Assembly: GCF_002113885.1 (NCBI RefSeq)
Contig: NW_018403543.1
Coordinates: forward strand, 1,168,145 to 1,232,144
Direction of reading: 5' to 3'
Length of the DNA: 64,000 nt
Origin: Mizuhopecten yessoensis
Taxonomy: Eukaryota
Part shown: one piece after another, positions 37,074 to 50,800 of the stretch
Numbering within the stretch: position 1 is the first letter of the stretch
Layout of the letters: the number at the start of each line of letters is the position of its first letter
Translations under genes and position numbers: made by a program
The notes under the pieces: model-generated
The model's input: the letters and a program-made list of their open reading frames with translations, nothing else
What the model was told of the DNA's origin: nothing
Databases searched by the model: none

Positions 37074-40000
37074 TCATAAAATTTGATCAATCAATCCGAA
37101 TTCTTTGGCTTCAAGAGGGGTCATGAAGTTATCCCTGTCCAAGGCTTTCTCTGAAGAAAAAAGGGGAGTGACAGTTTGGCACCTGATATGTCACCAGCAA
37201 GTTTTTGTGTAAACTAAACTCATATCGATATACAGTAACTGTCTGAAAATTTTGAACACATTTTAATTGAAATTCAAATACAAAACCTAGGAATTTATGT
37301 TGGTTATCAAAATACAAGAGGCCCAAGAGGGCCTGTATCGCTCACCTGAATATTTAAGCAGTCATAGCAAAATATTCTCATTAAATATTATATTGCACTA
37401 TAAATATTTCCCTCGCAAACTTTGTTGGCTCCATCTGTTGAAACTACCAGCAAAATGTTATTATAAGATTCTATGCTTTTTGATTCTTCTTCAGAAGTTG
37501 CTTGACATATTTTTCCCTGTGATCTTGTAAGTAGGTCAATGTCATTTTCCTTCTCAAATTGGTTAGCTCTATTCCAAAAAGCTACCAGCCAAATCTTATG
37601 AATCCATTCCTTTTAGTTCTCAAGAACAAATCCATTAAAATGTTGTTGACCTCTGTGACCTCTAAAGTAGGTTGAGGTCATTTTCATTTGCAAACTTTGG
37701 NNNNNNNNNNNNNNNNNNNNNNNNNNNNNNNNNNNNNNNNNNNNNNNNNNNNNNNNNNNNNNNNNNNNNNNNNNNNNNNNNNNNNNNTTTGACATATTTG
37801 ACCCCTGTGACCTTGAAAACAGGTCAAGGTCATTTTCGTTCTCAAACTTTGTAGGGCTCCTACCAACGAAGCTTTCAGCCAAATATCATGACTCTAGGCC
37901 TGTCCGTTCTTCAGAAGAAGTTGTTTAAAGGAAAAGTTGACGGACGAGGACGGACGCCGCGCCACGGCATAAGCTCACTTGGCACTTCGTGCCAGGTGAG
38001 CTAACAACCAAAAGAGTAAATTTTGCAACGAGAACTTTTTAATTGTGTCAAGGAAAGTGTCAGTATTAACAGTTCGTATCTATCACAATCAAGACATGCA
38101 TCAAATTGTTTATTTATTTAAGAAACACTTTCAATACATAAGGCAGGATTGGAATATCGCATCACTCTGTTTCTAATAACTTTTTTTCTGTTTTTGAAAC
38201 AAGTACAAAGCCAAAGGACTTGGGGCATTATTGGTCATTTTCAGCCTCATAAAAAGAAAAAAATTCAAATTAAATTCATTTAATTGTTATAAACTGTTAT
38301 AAACATCATATTGTTTAATTGGGGCTATATTTCCTGATGCAGCTTTTTTTAATGTACATGTGTAGATGCCGTACCATAGTAACAAAATTGCGTTGCTAGC
38401 CAAATTATTGTGTTTTTAGACAGCTAGCTTGCAGAAAAAGAAGCCTCTGCATGTGACAAACAATAATTATTTCAATGAGAGAACACTGGTATGATAATGT
38501 TTAAGCATGTCAAATATTCATTAGTTTGGGGCATGTGGAGGCTTTCAAAAATTGAAGAGGGTTGAAGTAATTTGCTTCAAAATTTCCAATTCTCAACAGA
38601 GATAGCACACAGCAGACGATATTCACGCAGAAATGAAAGCCTCCGCATGTTGAACAGTGTTTAGTTAATTTGCTTCAAAATTGCAAATTTTCAACGCTTA
38701 TAGAACACAAGGTGTTCAAGCATTTTATTATGTAAATTGCAGGTTTATACCCCTCTTTGTTATATCTCCTACACCAGTTATCGGATGAATTTGAAATTTC
38801 ATACTTGTGAACTTCATTTATTCCAGATAACAAATATAACAACTAATTCTAACTAAATTCCTGATGAGGCCAGAAATGACGCTTACCGGGTAATACCCCT
38901 AATCCTTTCCCTGAACAAAAGTGCAGGGGTTTATCAATTTATATACACCTATTTAAAATATCACTTTCATTGAGTGAAAAATTAATGTTGTAACTGAAGC
39001 AGGGACAGCAAGGACCTACCTATTATCAGTGGTGTCAGGCCTGTGTGCTTAACATACAGATCCTGAATCAGCTCCTTTGTTCTTTTCATATTGGCGGCCG
39101 CGATTTTAAGGTCTGTGACATAACCCTAAACAAATGAGGAAAAATCTCAAATCACTTTTATTTCAAAACAGTATTATGAAAGAAGCAATAGTATGGCTCA
39201 CCAATGCAGCTTAATGTAAAAGGTATCCACTTATATTAAGTGTGGATGAAAAGTAAGACAGCAGGTACTTGGAGTCGATCGTCATAGCACAGTGATTGAT
39301 CACCACTTTGGGCCCACAAACCAAACAGTGTTCCTTTGAGTTAAGACGTTGAAAGTCCAGGCCAGAATATCAGTAAACATTTTAGAAGTAATTCTCTTAC
39401 CTGCAATCCAGATGTAAGAGGCTGATGGACCATAATGGTGGAATTTGGTGAGGCATATCTCATGCCTGAAGTACCGGCGGTGAGGAGGAGAGAGCCCATG
39501 CTACATGCCTGCCCTATACACAGTGTAGCTATGGGGTTGTTGATGTACTGCATAGTATCATAGATGGCCAGACCTGCTGATACGTTCCCACCTTAAGAAT
39601 GTAATAAAAATATTTAATTCATGAACGGAGCAAAAGTCTTATTGGGTATACGTACTAAGTACGGACAACCGGCTCCTCCAAAGTAAAAAGTACAGATACA
39701 CATTTGTAACTTTTACTGGAGGACATATACAAGTGTGATCAGTGCACCAGGTTAAGAGAAAACTTAAAATGTATCAAATTAAGGCACACACAGTCTTGAT
39801 TTTAATGTCTTCTTTCATCTCTAACACTTTATAAGTTTAAAATCAAGGGCATATGTACCTGCATTAAAATCGAACCCTAGTATAAAGTGAGAGAGATAAT
39901 CTGACCCATGGAAAGACTCATCAAAGTATGGTCAACTTGCCTGGACTATTGATGAACACTCTTATTAATTTATCTGGATCTTCAAAATGTAAACACAACA

Positions 40001-42565
40001 GCTGGGCCATCACTTTTGAAGCTAATTCATCTGATACCTGAAAATGAAATCTGATTTAGTATTGCAGAATAAACAATCCTGGTTTAAGTTTCATATTAAT
40101 TTGCTTTAACTTGCTGCTTTACCTTAGAAAGTGAAAATTTCTGATAATTAACTGATCATGAGCTTAAACATAATTATTGTAATTTGATATTTACAAAGAA
40201 AAAGAAAAAGAAAATCACAACTTGTAAAGAACAAAATCATATTCATATGTGTATTCAATTCCTTGCTTCAGATGCAACTTCTGAGGATGCTACCGCTATC
40301 ACTGAATAACCAATTACTACTTTTAAGTGATAACTTTTATATTTAAGCAAAGAAAGATCCAGTTTGCCGCATTCAGTCATGCTATGAAAAACCTTGGGTG
40401 TTACAAATGGAGATTAGAACACTATATAGCAGCAACATAAAACTTAACTGCACATGTTTAGGAGGGAGATCCTTAATGTAATCCAACATCCCACAGATGG
40501 TTATTTGCGAACTCAAAATGGTTATTTGCTCACAGTTAAGAGACACTATTTGGAGAGAGAAATACAATGAATGTATAAATTTACAGACTTTGTAATAAGA
40601 TCTTTTTCATTGGTCCAATGAGAGGCAGAATATTTTTTTCTGTACAATGTAACATATACGGTATTTCCAAGATATATATATGTTGAATATCTTTTTTTAA
40701 ATCTGCTATTGATACTTACTGCTCCCATCAGGCAAATGATCCTGTCTCTAAGCAGCCTTGTGAAGACGTCCACAGCCTTCCCTCCATCTGCTGATTCTGT
40801 TATTGAGGGAGCATTTGACATGCTAGGCATTGGATGTTGGTGGAGCTTTCTTTGTCTGCTAACTGACCGTAGAAAACTTCTGCCCTGTCTACAAAGAGGA
40901 ACTGCGGCTTTCTACAACAAAAATAAATTAATAAAATACTCATGTGTGGTTTTTTATTTGTCTCTCCATATGCAGCAAAATAAATATGAAAGTATTATTT
41001 TAGATGTTTGGTTTATTTTTATTTTAGAGCATGTGACGTGGTATCTATCGGTGTGATAGTTGAGCAATGGATATAATCATGGCGTTGGATTTTGAAAACT
41101 CTTGGGGTTTTAATCTCTGTTAGTTTGGAAACCCAGAAACATTATTTTTTTAAAAAGTCAGAAAAAACTAGATATCTTTATATCAAAACCTTTATTTTGA
41201 TATATGGAGATTGTTTAACTTGTGAAAAGTGCTAGAAGTCACTGCACTGTTGCCAAGAAAATATATAAAAAAAAATCAACACTGTTTTGTGAAGAGTTGT
41301 AAATATTCAATGAGTTCCACCTTGCATGTTATTTATGAAACAAAACAAGGTTACTGGATTTTTTAAATTTTTGGTGAGGCACAATTTTTTACACATGTGA
41401 TCATAAAACTTCGGGAGAATTGCGAAAAACACCACTTTATATATTTTTCTTGAAGTATGATGATGATGGATTGGCTCTATGGTCTCCACGGGTCCTCCTT
41501 AAAAGCGTCTTCAACTGACAACAAGCGTCTTCAAGTGACAACAAGCGTTGCCGGACAAAATATTTAAAAAAAATATTGAATAAAGTAAGCGACATCAGAA
41601 GATATTGTAATACCAATGTAACAATGTCACATGATTATCTTGAAGTCTGGCATGGGATGTCATATAGATCTGTGTTTTTATGATATGTCACAATCGTATA
41701 GGTCTGGTTCATATTCACGCGATGACAATTAGTGATTGGCTGTACATCAATTACTATTAAAACTTGGATCAGTTTGGCATTTCTGATTTTGGTTATCGAT
41801 TACAAATTCTATTATTGATATGATGGGGTCATTACTGATGAATTCAAACTTATACAATGAAAGTAATTTATTTTATTGATTTTTAGTATATGATTTGTGT
41901 CAATATTGAAAAAAAATTACTGCATACAAGTATGATGCAAGAAGGAATCCTAATGTAATCAATCACTAATGGGATTATTATTTTCGATTATAAACCGATC
42001 ATTCTAAAACAATTAGGATTAGGCCTAGTCACGATTGGCATGGATCCACATAACTCCAACAGTGTTAGAGGTTTACACGGCGAGAAACATTTGGCAGGAG
42101 GCAAAATCATATCCGATAGAAAAAAATGCCGACCAGCGGCTTCTTATGGTAGAATCCCCATCAGCCCATCAGTGACATCTCAACACAACGTACCCCGTTC
42201 AGCCTTGATGTCACAGTTAGCTTTTTCCATGTTACTATTTGTACTAATCTATATACTTTTGTCAAATTGAACCTTCAATGAAAAGTTAATATAAATCCAA
42301 TCTGGGTCCAATAACGGATTCAGTAGAGGTACAGTACTGAACACAGTCTCATACATGTACATCGTCTGCACTGTACTGCGCCGTCCCCGGCACCGAAAGT
42401 TGACATTTTCATTCGAAAATTACAGATGGATATTATTTTCAGGAGCTATCCAACCATTTAAAGCCTCAAGTGAATTCAGATGAAGCTCTGAAACATGAGC
42501 TCCCTCATTTCATTTAACCCGGATCCGCCAATGAGGTTTAACCTTACCTTCAAAATAGTTGCCAT
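37074..42565 (-). CDS. CLPP: ATP-dependent Clp protease proteolytic subunit, mitochondrial (divergent), 6 exons, 226 aa
   Basis: Exons 42565-42548, 40911-40720, 40037-39941, 39591-39401, 39125-39020 and 37150-37074. Motifs [46 protein letters not shown] (catalytic Ser), IMVHQP (His) and [22 protein letters not shown] (Asp). Arg-rich N-terminal transit peptide. The 18-nt exon 1 is the least certain. Confidence 0.93.
37313..38005 (+). mobile_element. Helentron-associated non-autonomous element (HINE-like) in CLPP intron 5, spanning an N gap
   Basis: Starts ACAAGAGGCCCAAGAGGGCC..GCTCACCTG, has internal TGACCTT/AGGTCA repeats and GACG microsatellite, and ends with a 3' hairpin AGCTCACTTGGCAC-TTC-GTGCCAGGTGAGCT. 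Confidence 0.8.
39592..39940 (-). other. GC-AG intron (CLPP intron 3)
   Basis: The exon ends ...AGTCCAG|GCAAGT. This donor is required to keep the INSPG-GNV motif in frame. Confidence 0.85.
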
Positions 42566-44880
42566 TTTCGACAAGATATAAAAATCCGGTCAGTGTTCAC
42601 TTCGGATATTTTAATCACAATCCTGGGTCTCTGGAAAGCTTAGTAATTGCTGTCAAGTAAACAAACACAGCAATAACCATGATGAAGAAGACACTATAAT
42701 AAACAAATCGGAAAAAATAACCTTTCCGGCACAAGTAAATTTCTGACTTGTATCAAATTAAATGTAACGATATATTACGGAAACTTACTCTTTGATATAA
42801 CAGAAAAAAAAGTATTGGGTAAATTGTTCAAAGCTCAACAGCGAGGTTTGAGGGAAAAGCTGAGTATTTTTTGTAACTAAGTGACAATGTTTTGAATATA
42901 TTCCCTGAATCATTTCAGTGCTTGGAATCGAACCCAGGGCCACCGGTTTAATACCGATTACCCTTATAACAGTTATCTTTCAGAACAGTCTACAGGGGCG
43001 TAGCAGAGTGGATTCATCGTAGGCAACAAGGGTTAGGGGTGGGGGAGGCAAGAATGTTAGTGTGGGCTTGTTTTTTTATTTAACTTTTGTTTGAGAATGT
43101 GGTTGGTTCACCAGCCTTCTATCATAAGCAGAGTGACACACGTACACCTAAAATGTGACCAACACAACCCGGTGAATATTGCCAGTGCATCAAACATTCA
43201 TCCGAGAAATTCAACATTGAAACGAATATGCACACAACAATTTCAAGTCAAATTTTGACAAAGTCAAAGTATCATGTATTTTTAATTTGGTTTAATCACT
43301 GTTTTCCTTTGTCTTATATTTGACAATGAATTAGATACAATTTAAAGTTACGTTGTCAATCTTACCGCGCATATATATATATACATCAAATGTGGATTGC
43401 AAAAGTCGCTGTCATTTTATTATTTATCATAATGAATTGTATAATCTGTGTTTTGTGGTGAAAAATTCGCCAGAATCGAAGAAGAAATGGCTTCATAACG
43501 ATCTTTTTAAAACGTTTAATCCAGAACAAATGACAATCTAAACCGAAACATATTTTTTTTTTAATTTCTGAAATTGTACGCAATTTCTTTGTTTTTCATA
43601 CAAAGAATTTGTTCGTATGTTAAAAGAACTTCTATATGAATTTGAAAATTGTGGAAGTATTACATTCGTTGTAAATATTGCATTTACAACCGTGTGTGTG
43701 AACTTGAACATACATGAACATGAAGGTATATCTGACAGCAAAATGAAACAGTCCAATCACGGACTTAGATACCTAACCTAATTCCGTGTTCCAAAAAAAA
43801 GACTTAAAATATTAAAAAGAACCATACGGATGCATATTTGAAATTTATACATTATTCACGCCACTACATCGTCCTGTCTATTTAACGTAACCGTTTACCG
43901 CATAGTTAAGTTAAGATACTTTTCCGGATATCTCAGTACATTTAAGAGCTTTATAAAAATGATACACAGGAACTTTTTACCAATGCGGCCAGGGTTCGAT
44001 TCCCCGATCAGACGTGAACAAGTATGGGGTCACCTGTGGGTTTTCTCCGGATACTCCGGTTTCGCGCGCTATCATCCGGATCAACAAGAGTGTTTATATA
44101 AGTTGTCTAATCTAATTCCGCGGTTTTGATAATCAGCGCATGTGAAGATTGGTCCTTAGCGTACAATAATGAAGCTTAAACGCTACCCCAAAGGATTGCA
44201 GACGGACCCTGTTATCGTGAACATTCCTGAGCTAAAGTCAAGACATTTTCATTGCTTTTTCTATGTGGAAATTTTGTTAAAAATCTAAGTTGAAATTTTT
44301 CGTGAATCCCAGACCGCCAGGTCATGTTCAAATTATTCCCGCTTAATTTTATAACTTATGATTTGTTCTGGAAAACTGTGCTGAAAAGTGAAATGCTTTT
44401 CAATCTATTTTATTAACATACAGAATAGATATTAATATAATTGATTAAATATCGTATTTTAGGCAACATTTAAAATTTATCGTATTTCTTTATTGACTGC
44501 ATCGATATCAATAAAAATAATTTTAATCAGTTTCGTTTCAGATTTTATTTATGTGCGAATCTGTAATATACATATTACCGAGCGGGCGACTTAAACATGT
44601 CAGAACATCTCGACAAGGGGACAATTGCATTGGAAGGTTTCTGGTTATTTTTACGGCGCATGTCTTCACATATCTGAAGATTGTGTTCTGATTTTGTATG
44701 ACATCGACCACCATCATGTGTCACGGAAATCTTAACCCAACCCAAAGAACAAAGTCAGACTTATTACCATGATCGAAAATACCGTTGTGAACCTGTCAAG
44801 ACTATAACTATGAGTAATTGACATTAGCTGCTTCATATTGTTGTTTTAACTTATTGTGTGTATGTATACAGACATTTACA
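42566..44880. promoter_or_regulatory. Divergent intergenic region between CLPP and SAS-6 (possible bidirectional promoter)
   Basis: Head-to-head ATGs about 2.3 kb apart. Transcription starts are not identifiable from sequence. Confidence 0.4.
43985..44105 (+). mobile_element. Truncated tRNA-derived V-SINE-like fragment
   Basis: B-box GGTTCGATTCCC followed by GTGGGTTTTCTCCGGATACTCCGGTTTC, which resembles the V-domain. Confidence 0.6.
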
Positions 44881-47800
44881 ATGGCAGACGAACTGTTTAC
44901 GAAAAAATTACCGGTAGTATTCAAATGTCCGGACCGTGAGGATAGGTAAGTGATATTATAGAATGTAAAAACTAAAATATATTCTATTTAACTAAAATAT
45001 ATTCTATTTGACAGTTTTAATTTGGATTGAGGATACCGAGGATATCATGATACTGTCATTGACTGTGTAGATCAAGTAACATGTTACAATGTTTTGTAAT
45101 TAACTCTAACACTCGTACAAAAAACTAAGTATTATTGGATGAGCATCATTAGTCTTGTACAACTGCTTGGGTTCTGGAATATATGTGATATAATCGCACC
45201 CACTAGATATCGCACCCCTTTATACCAATATATGATTTATTAGTATAAGGGGGTGCGATATCTAGTGGGTGCGATTATATCACATATATTCCAGAACCCG
45301 AGCACCCGTGTGTGTGTGTGTGTACACAGGGGCGTGGCATAGAGCGCTAGCCCCATCCTAAGGTTTGTGTAAAGGATATATGCGTTGTACAGAGTGACAA
45401 CGTTGCCTAACTAGCTTCGGGTAAAGGGAAAATTCCCTTCAGCTCAGTCTTAGATCATGGATTTGAGCGTCGGTGATCAACACATATTCTTCACTCTATA
45501 TACTTCCTCAAAGTTCCTTCCTATTTCAAACTGGTGCCGTTGAGCAGTGATCCTCCTGATTGATCAAGCCAGGGGAGAACACACAGTAAGGTGCAAATGA
45601 ATATTGGTTGTGGCTGACTTCAAATTCAAAGACTTGGAAAACAGGGAGAAGTGTAAAGGAAATGCGCTGTACAGTGTTTAAGTCGCCTTAATTACTAGCT
45701 TTGGCTAGAGGGAATTTCTTTTTAACTCAGAAATTATCCGCAAACATTATTATTTTACATATAATGCTGCAGTGCTCAGAGCTGATAACAGAGATGATAT
45801 TATAGATCAACATACAGGGATTTTTGTCACATGTAATATTATTTGAATATTTCAGACGTATGTATGTACAGCTAAAGATGGAGCTGCAGACTATATCTTC
45901 ACCGTTACATAAAAAGGTTTGTAGCATCAAATGTTTGCATAACAGCTAGGACATTCAATATTGATAATTTGAAATAGTGCACCTCACAATGCAATGTACT
46001 TATTGGCAAATTTATAATATAAAGTGTTGATGATTTCACTACATACTACATCATGTGGGTAGTTTCAAAATGATTTGATTTTAATATACTTAATGTTGAG
46101 GCTGTAATATACTTACTGTCAAGGCTATAACATACTTACTGTTCATGAGGCTGTAATATATACTTACTGTCGAGGCTGTAACATACTTACTGTTGAGGCT
46201 GTAATATAGTTAATGTCGAGGCTGTAATATACTTACTGTCAAGGCTATAACATACTTACTGTTTAGGCTGTAATATACTTAATGTCGAGTCTGTAATATA
46301 CTTACTGTCAGGGCTGTAATATACTTACTGTCAAGGCTGTAATATACATTCTGTTGAGCTTAATGTCGAGACTAGTATACTTACTGTCAAGGCTGTTAAA
46401 TACTTACTGTTGAGGCTGTAATATACTTGATGTTGAGGCTGTAATATACTTAATGTTTAGGCTGTAATATACTTAATGTCGAGTCTGTAATATACTTACT
46501 GTCAAGGCTATAATATACTTACTGTTCATGAGGCTGTAATATATACTTACTGTCAAGGCTATAACATACTTACTGTTGAGGCTGTAACATCCTTACTGTT
46601 GAGGCTGTAACATACTCGCGACTGTAACATACTTACTGTTGAGGCCATAACATCCTTACTGTTGAGGCTGTAATATACTTCGTGTCGAGGCTGTAACATA
46701 CTTACTGTCGAGGCTGTAATATACTTCCTGTTGAGGCTGTAACATACTTACTGTTGAGGCCATAACATCCTTACTGTTGAGGCTGTAATATACTTCCTGT
46801 CGCGGCTGTAACATACTTACTGTCGAGGCTGTAATATACATTCTGTTGAGGCTGTAATATACATTCTGTTGAGGCTGTAATATACATTCTGTTGAGGCTG
46901 TAAAATACTTACTTTTAGGGCTGTAATACACTTAATGTAGAGGCTGTAATATACTTACTGTCGAGGCTGTAATATACTTAATGTTGAGGATGTAATATAC
47001 TTAATGTCGAGGCTGTAACATACTTACTGTTGAGGTCATAACATACTTACTGTTGAGGCTGTAACATACTCGAGACTGTAACATACTTACTGTTGAGGCC
47101 ATAACATACTTACTGCTGAGGCTGTAATATACTTCCTGTCGAGGCTGTAACATACTTACTGTTGATGCTGTAATATACTTAATGTCGAGGCTGTAGTATA
47201 CTTACTGTCAAGGCTGTAATATACATTCTGTTGAGCTTAATGTCGAGACTAGTATACTTACTGTCAAGGCTGTTAAATACTTACTGTTGAGGCTGTAATT
47301 TACTTAATGTTGAGGCTGTAATATACTCAATGTCGAGGCTGTAATATACTTACTGTCAGGGCTGTAATATACTTACTGTCAAGGCTTTAATATACTTACT
47401 GTCTAGACTGTAACATACTTACTGTCGAGGCTGTAGCATACTATTGAGGCTGTAACATACTTACTGTGGAGGCTGTTACATAAGTACTGTCGAGGCTGTA
47501 ACATACTTACTGTTGAAGCTGTAATATAGTTAATGTCGAGGCTGTAATATACTTACTGCCGAGGGAAGGCTGTAATATACTTACTGTTGAGGCCATAACA
47601 TACTTACTGTCGAGGCTGTAATATACTTACTGCCGAGGGTAGGATGTAATATACTTACTGTTGAGGATGTAATATACTTACAACCGAGGGCAGGCTGTAA
47701 TACACTTACTGTTGAGGCTATAATATACTTAATGTTGAGGCTGTAATATTCTTACTGTCGAGGCTGTAATATACTTAATGTTGAGGATGTAATATGCTTA

Positions 47801-50800
47801 ATGTCGAGGCCGTAATATACTTACTGTCAGGGCTGTAATATACTTACTGTCAAGGCTGTAATAAACATTCTGTTGAGACTGTAACATACTTACTTTTAGG
47901 GCTGTAATACACTTAATGTAGAGGCTGTAATATACTTACTGTCGAGGCTGTTAAATACTGTTGAGGCTGTAATATACTTACTGTCGAGGCTGTTAAATAC
48001 TGTTGAGGCTGTAATATACTTACTGTCGAGGCTGTTAAATACTTACTGTTGAGGCTGTAATATACTCAATGTCGAGGCTGTAATATACTTACTGCCGAGG
48101 GCAGGCTTTAATAATACTTACTGTTCATGAGGCTGTAATATATACTTACTGTCAAGGCTGTAACATACTTACTGTTGAGGCCATAACATCCTTACTGTTG
48201 AGGCTGTAATATACTTCCTGTCGAGGCTGTCACATACTTACTGTCGAGGCTGTAACCTACTTGAGACTGTAACATACTTACTGTCGAGGCTGTAATATAC
48301 ATTCTGTTGAGGCTGTAAAATACTTACTTTTAGGGCTGTAATACACTTAATGTAGAGGCTGTAATATACTTACTGTCGAGGCTGTAATATACTTAATGTT
48401 GAGGTTGTAATATACTTAATGTCGAGGCTGTAACATACTTACTGTTAAGGCTGTAGTATACTTACAACTGAGGGTAGGCTGTGATACACTTACTGCTAAG
48501 GCTTTAATATACTTACTGTTGAGGCTGTAACATAGTTAATGTTGAGGCTGTAATATACTTACTGTCGAGGCTGTTAAATACTGTTGAGGCTGTAATATAC
48601 TTACTGTCAGGGCTGTAATATACTTACTGTCAAGGCTGTAATATACATTCTGTTGAGGCTGTAAAATACTTACTTTTAGGGCTGTAATACACTAAATGTC
48701 GAGGCTGTAATATACTTACTGACAAGGCTGTAATATACTTACTGTTGAGGCTGTATCATACTTACTGTGGAGGCTGTTACATACGTACTGTTGAGGCTGT
48801 AACATACTTACTGGGGAGGCTGGTACATACGGACTGTCGAGGCTGTAACATACGTACTGTCGAGGCTGTAACATGCTTACTGTTGAGGCCATAACATACT
48901 TAATGTTGAGGCTGTAATATACTTACTGTCAAGGTTGTAACATAACATACTTACTGTTGAGGCTGTAACAAACGTACTGTCAAGGCTGTAACATACTTAC
49001 TGTTGAGGCTGTAGTATACTTAATGTCAAGGCTATAATATACTTACTGTTGAGGCTGTAATGTACTTACTGTCGAGGCTGTTAAATACTTACTGTTGAGG
49101 CTGTAATTTACTTACTGTTGAGGCTGTAATATACATACTGTTGAGGCTGTAACATACTTACTGTTGAGGCCATAACATACTTACTGTTGAGGCTGTAATA
49201 TACTTCCTGTCGAGGCTGTAACATACTTACTGTCGAGGCTGTAACATACTTACTGTCGAGGCTGTAGCATACTGTTGAGGCTGTAACATACTTACTGTGG
49301 AGGCTGTTACATACGTACTGTCGAGGCTGTAACATACTTACTGTTGAGGCTGTAATATACATACTGTTGAGGCTGTAACATACTTAATGTCAAGGCTATA
49401 ATATACTTAATGTTGAGGCTGTAATATACTTAATGTCGAGGCTGTAGTATACTTACTGTCAAGGCTGTAATATACATTCTGTTGAGGCTGTAACATACTT
49501 ACTTTTAGGGCTGTAATACACTTAATGTCGAGGCTGTAATATACTTACTGTTGAAGCTGTAATATACTTACTGTTGAGGTCGAATATACTAACTATCGAG
49601 GCTGTTAAATACTTAATGTTGAGGCTGTAATTTACTTACTGTCGAGGCTGTAATATACTTACTGTTGAGGATGTAATATACTTACAACCGAGGGCAGGCT
49701 GTAATATACTTACTGCCGAGGGCAGGCTTTAATACACTTACTGTTGAGGCTATAATATACTTACAACCGAGGGCAGGCTGTAATACACTTACTGTTGAGC
49801 CTGTAATATACTTACAACTGAGGGTAGGCTGTGATACACTTACTTCTAAGGCTGTAACATACTTACTGTCGAAACTGTAACATACTTACTGTTGAGGCTG
49901 TAACATACTTACTGTTGAGGCTGTAACAAACGTACTGTCAAGGCTGTAACATACTTACTGTTGAGGCTGTAACATACTTACTGTTGAGGCTGTAACATAC
50001 TTACTGTCGAGGCTGTAACATACTTACTGTTTAGGCTGTAATATACTTACTGTCGAGGCTGTAACATACTTACTGTCAAGGCTGTAATTTACTTAATGTC
50101 GAGGTTGTAATATACTTACTGTCAAGGCTGTAATATACTTACTGTCGAGGCTGTAATATACTTACTGTCAAGGTTGTAACATACTTACTGTCTAGACTAA
50201 CATACTTACTGTTGAGGCTGTAACATACTTACTGTTGAGGTTGTAACATACTTACTGTTGAGGCTGTAATATACTTACTGCCGAGGGTAGGCTGTAATAT
50301 ACTTGTTGTACTGCTTGTTGTGAAAATATATTCCCATTAACAAAATTTTAGTACCTAATGTTACTTCAATAAATTCAATAACAGTACATCAAAATCAATA
50401 TTAAGACATATTCCAAATAGCCTTAGCCAGTCAAATTATATATATTTACTGTACAATATTCAAATAATATGTTCTATTCAAGCTGTCATTATAATTCATT
50501 GTTTTGTTTAAAATAAATGTTAAATATTTGTCCTTTTTTATATTGACAGGAACTGGTTGTTAAAATGACAGATGAAAAAGACCTATTCTTTTTATACACT
50601 CTGCGTATAGGAGAAGAAGATTTCCAGAGGTAATTTAATGGTCCAATTTCAGCAACAAATTAAAATTACCTGTATATTAAAAAATAGAGAGAGAAAACCC
50701 ACTATATTAGACTTTCCTCATTATGCATATTATCAATGTTGTTTGGAATTCAAATTCATTCATTAGAATCACTCACAACACCAGGAACATATTAAAGATT

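Noticed and set aside
46656-49362. ORFs within the SAS-6 intron-2 array
   Set aside because: Chance open frames in the 23-bp repeat.
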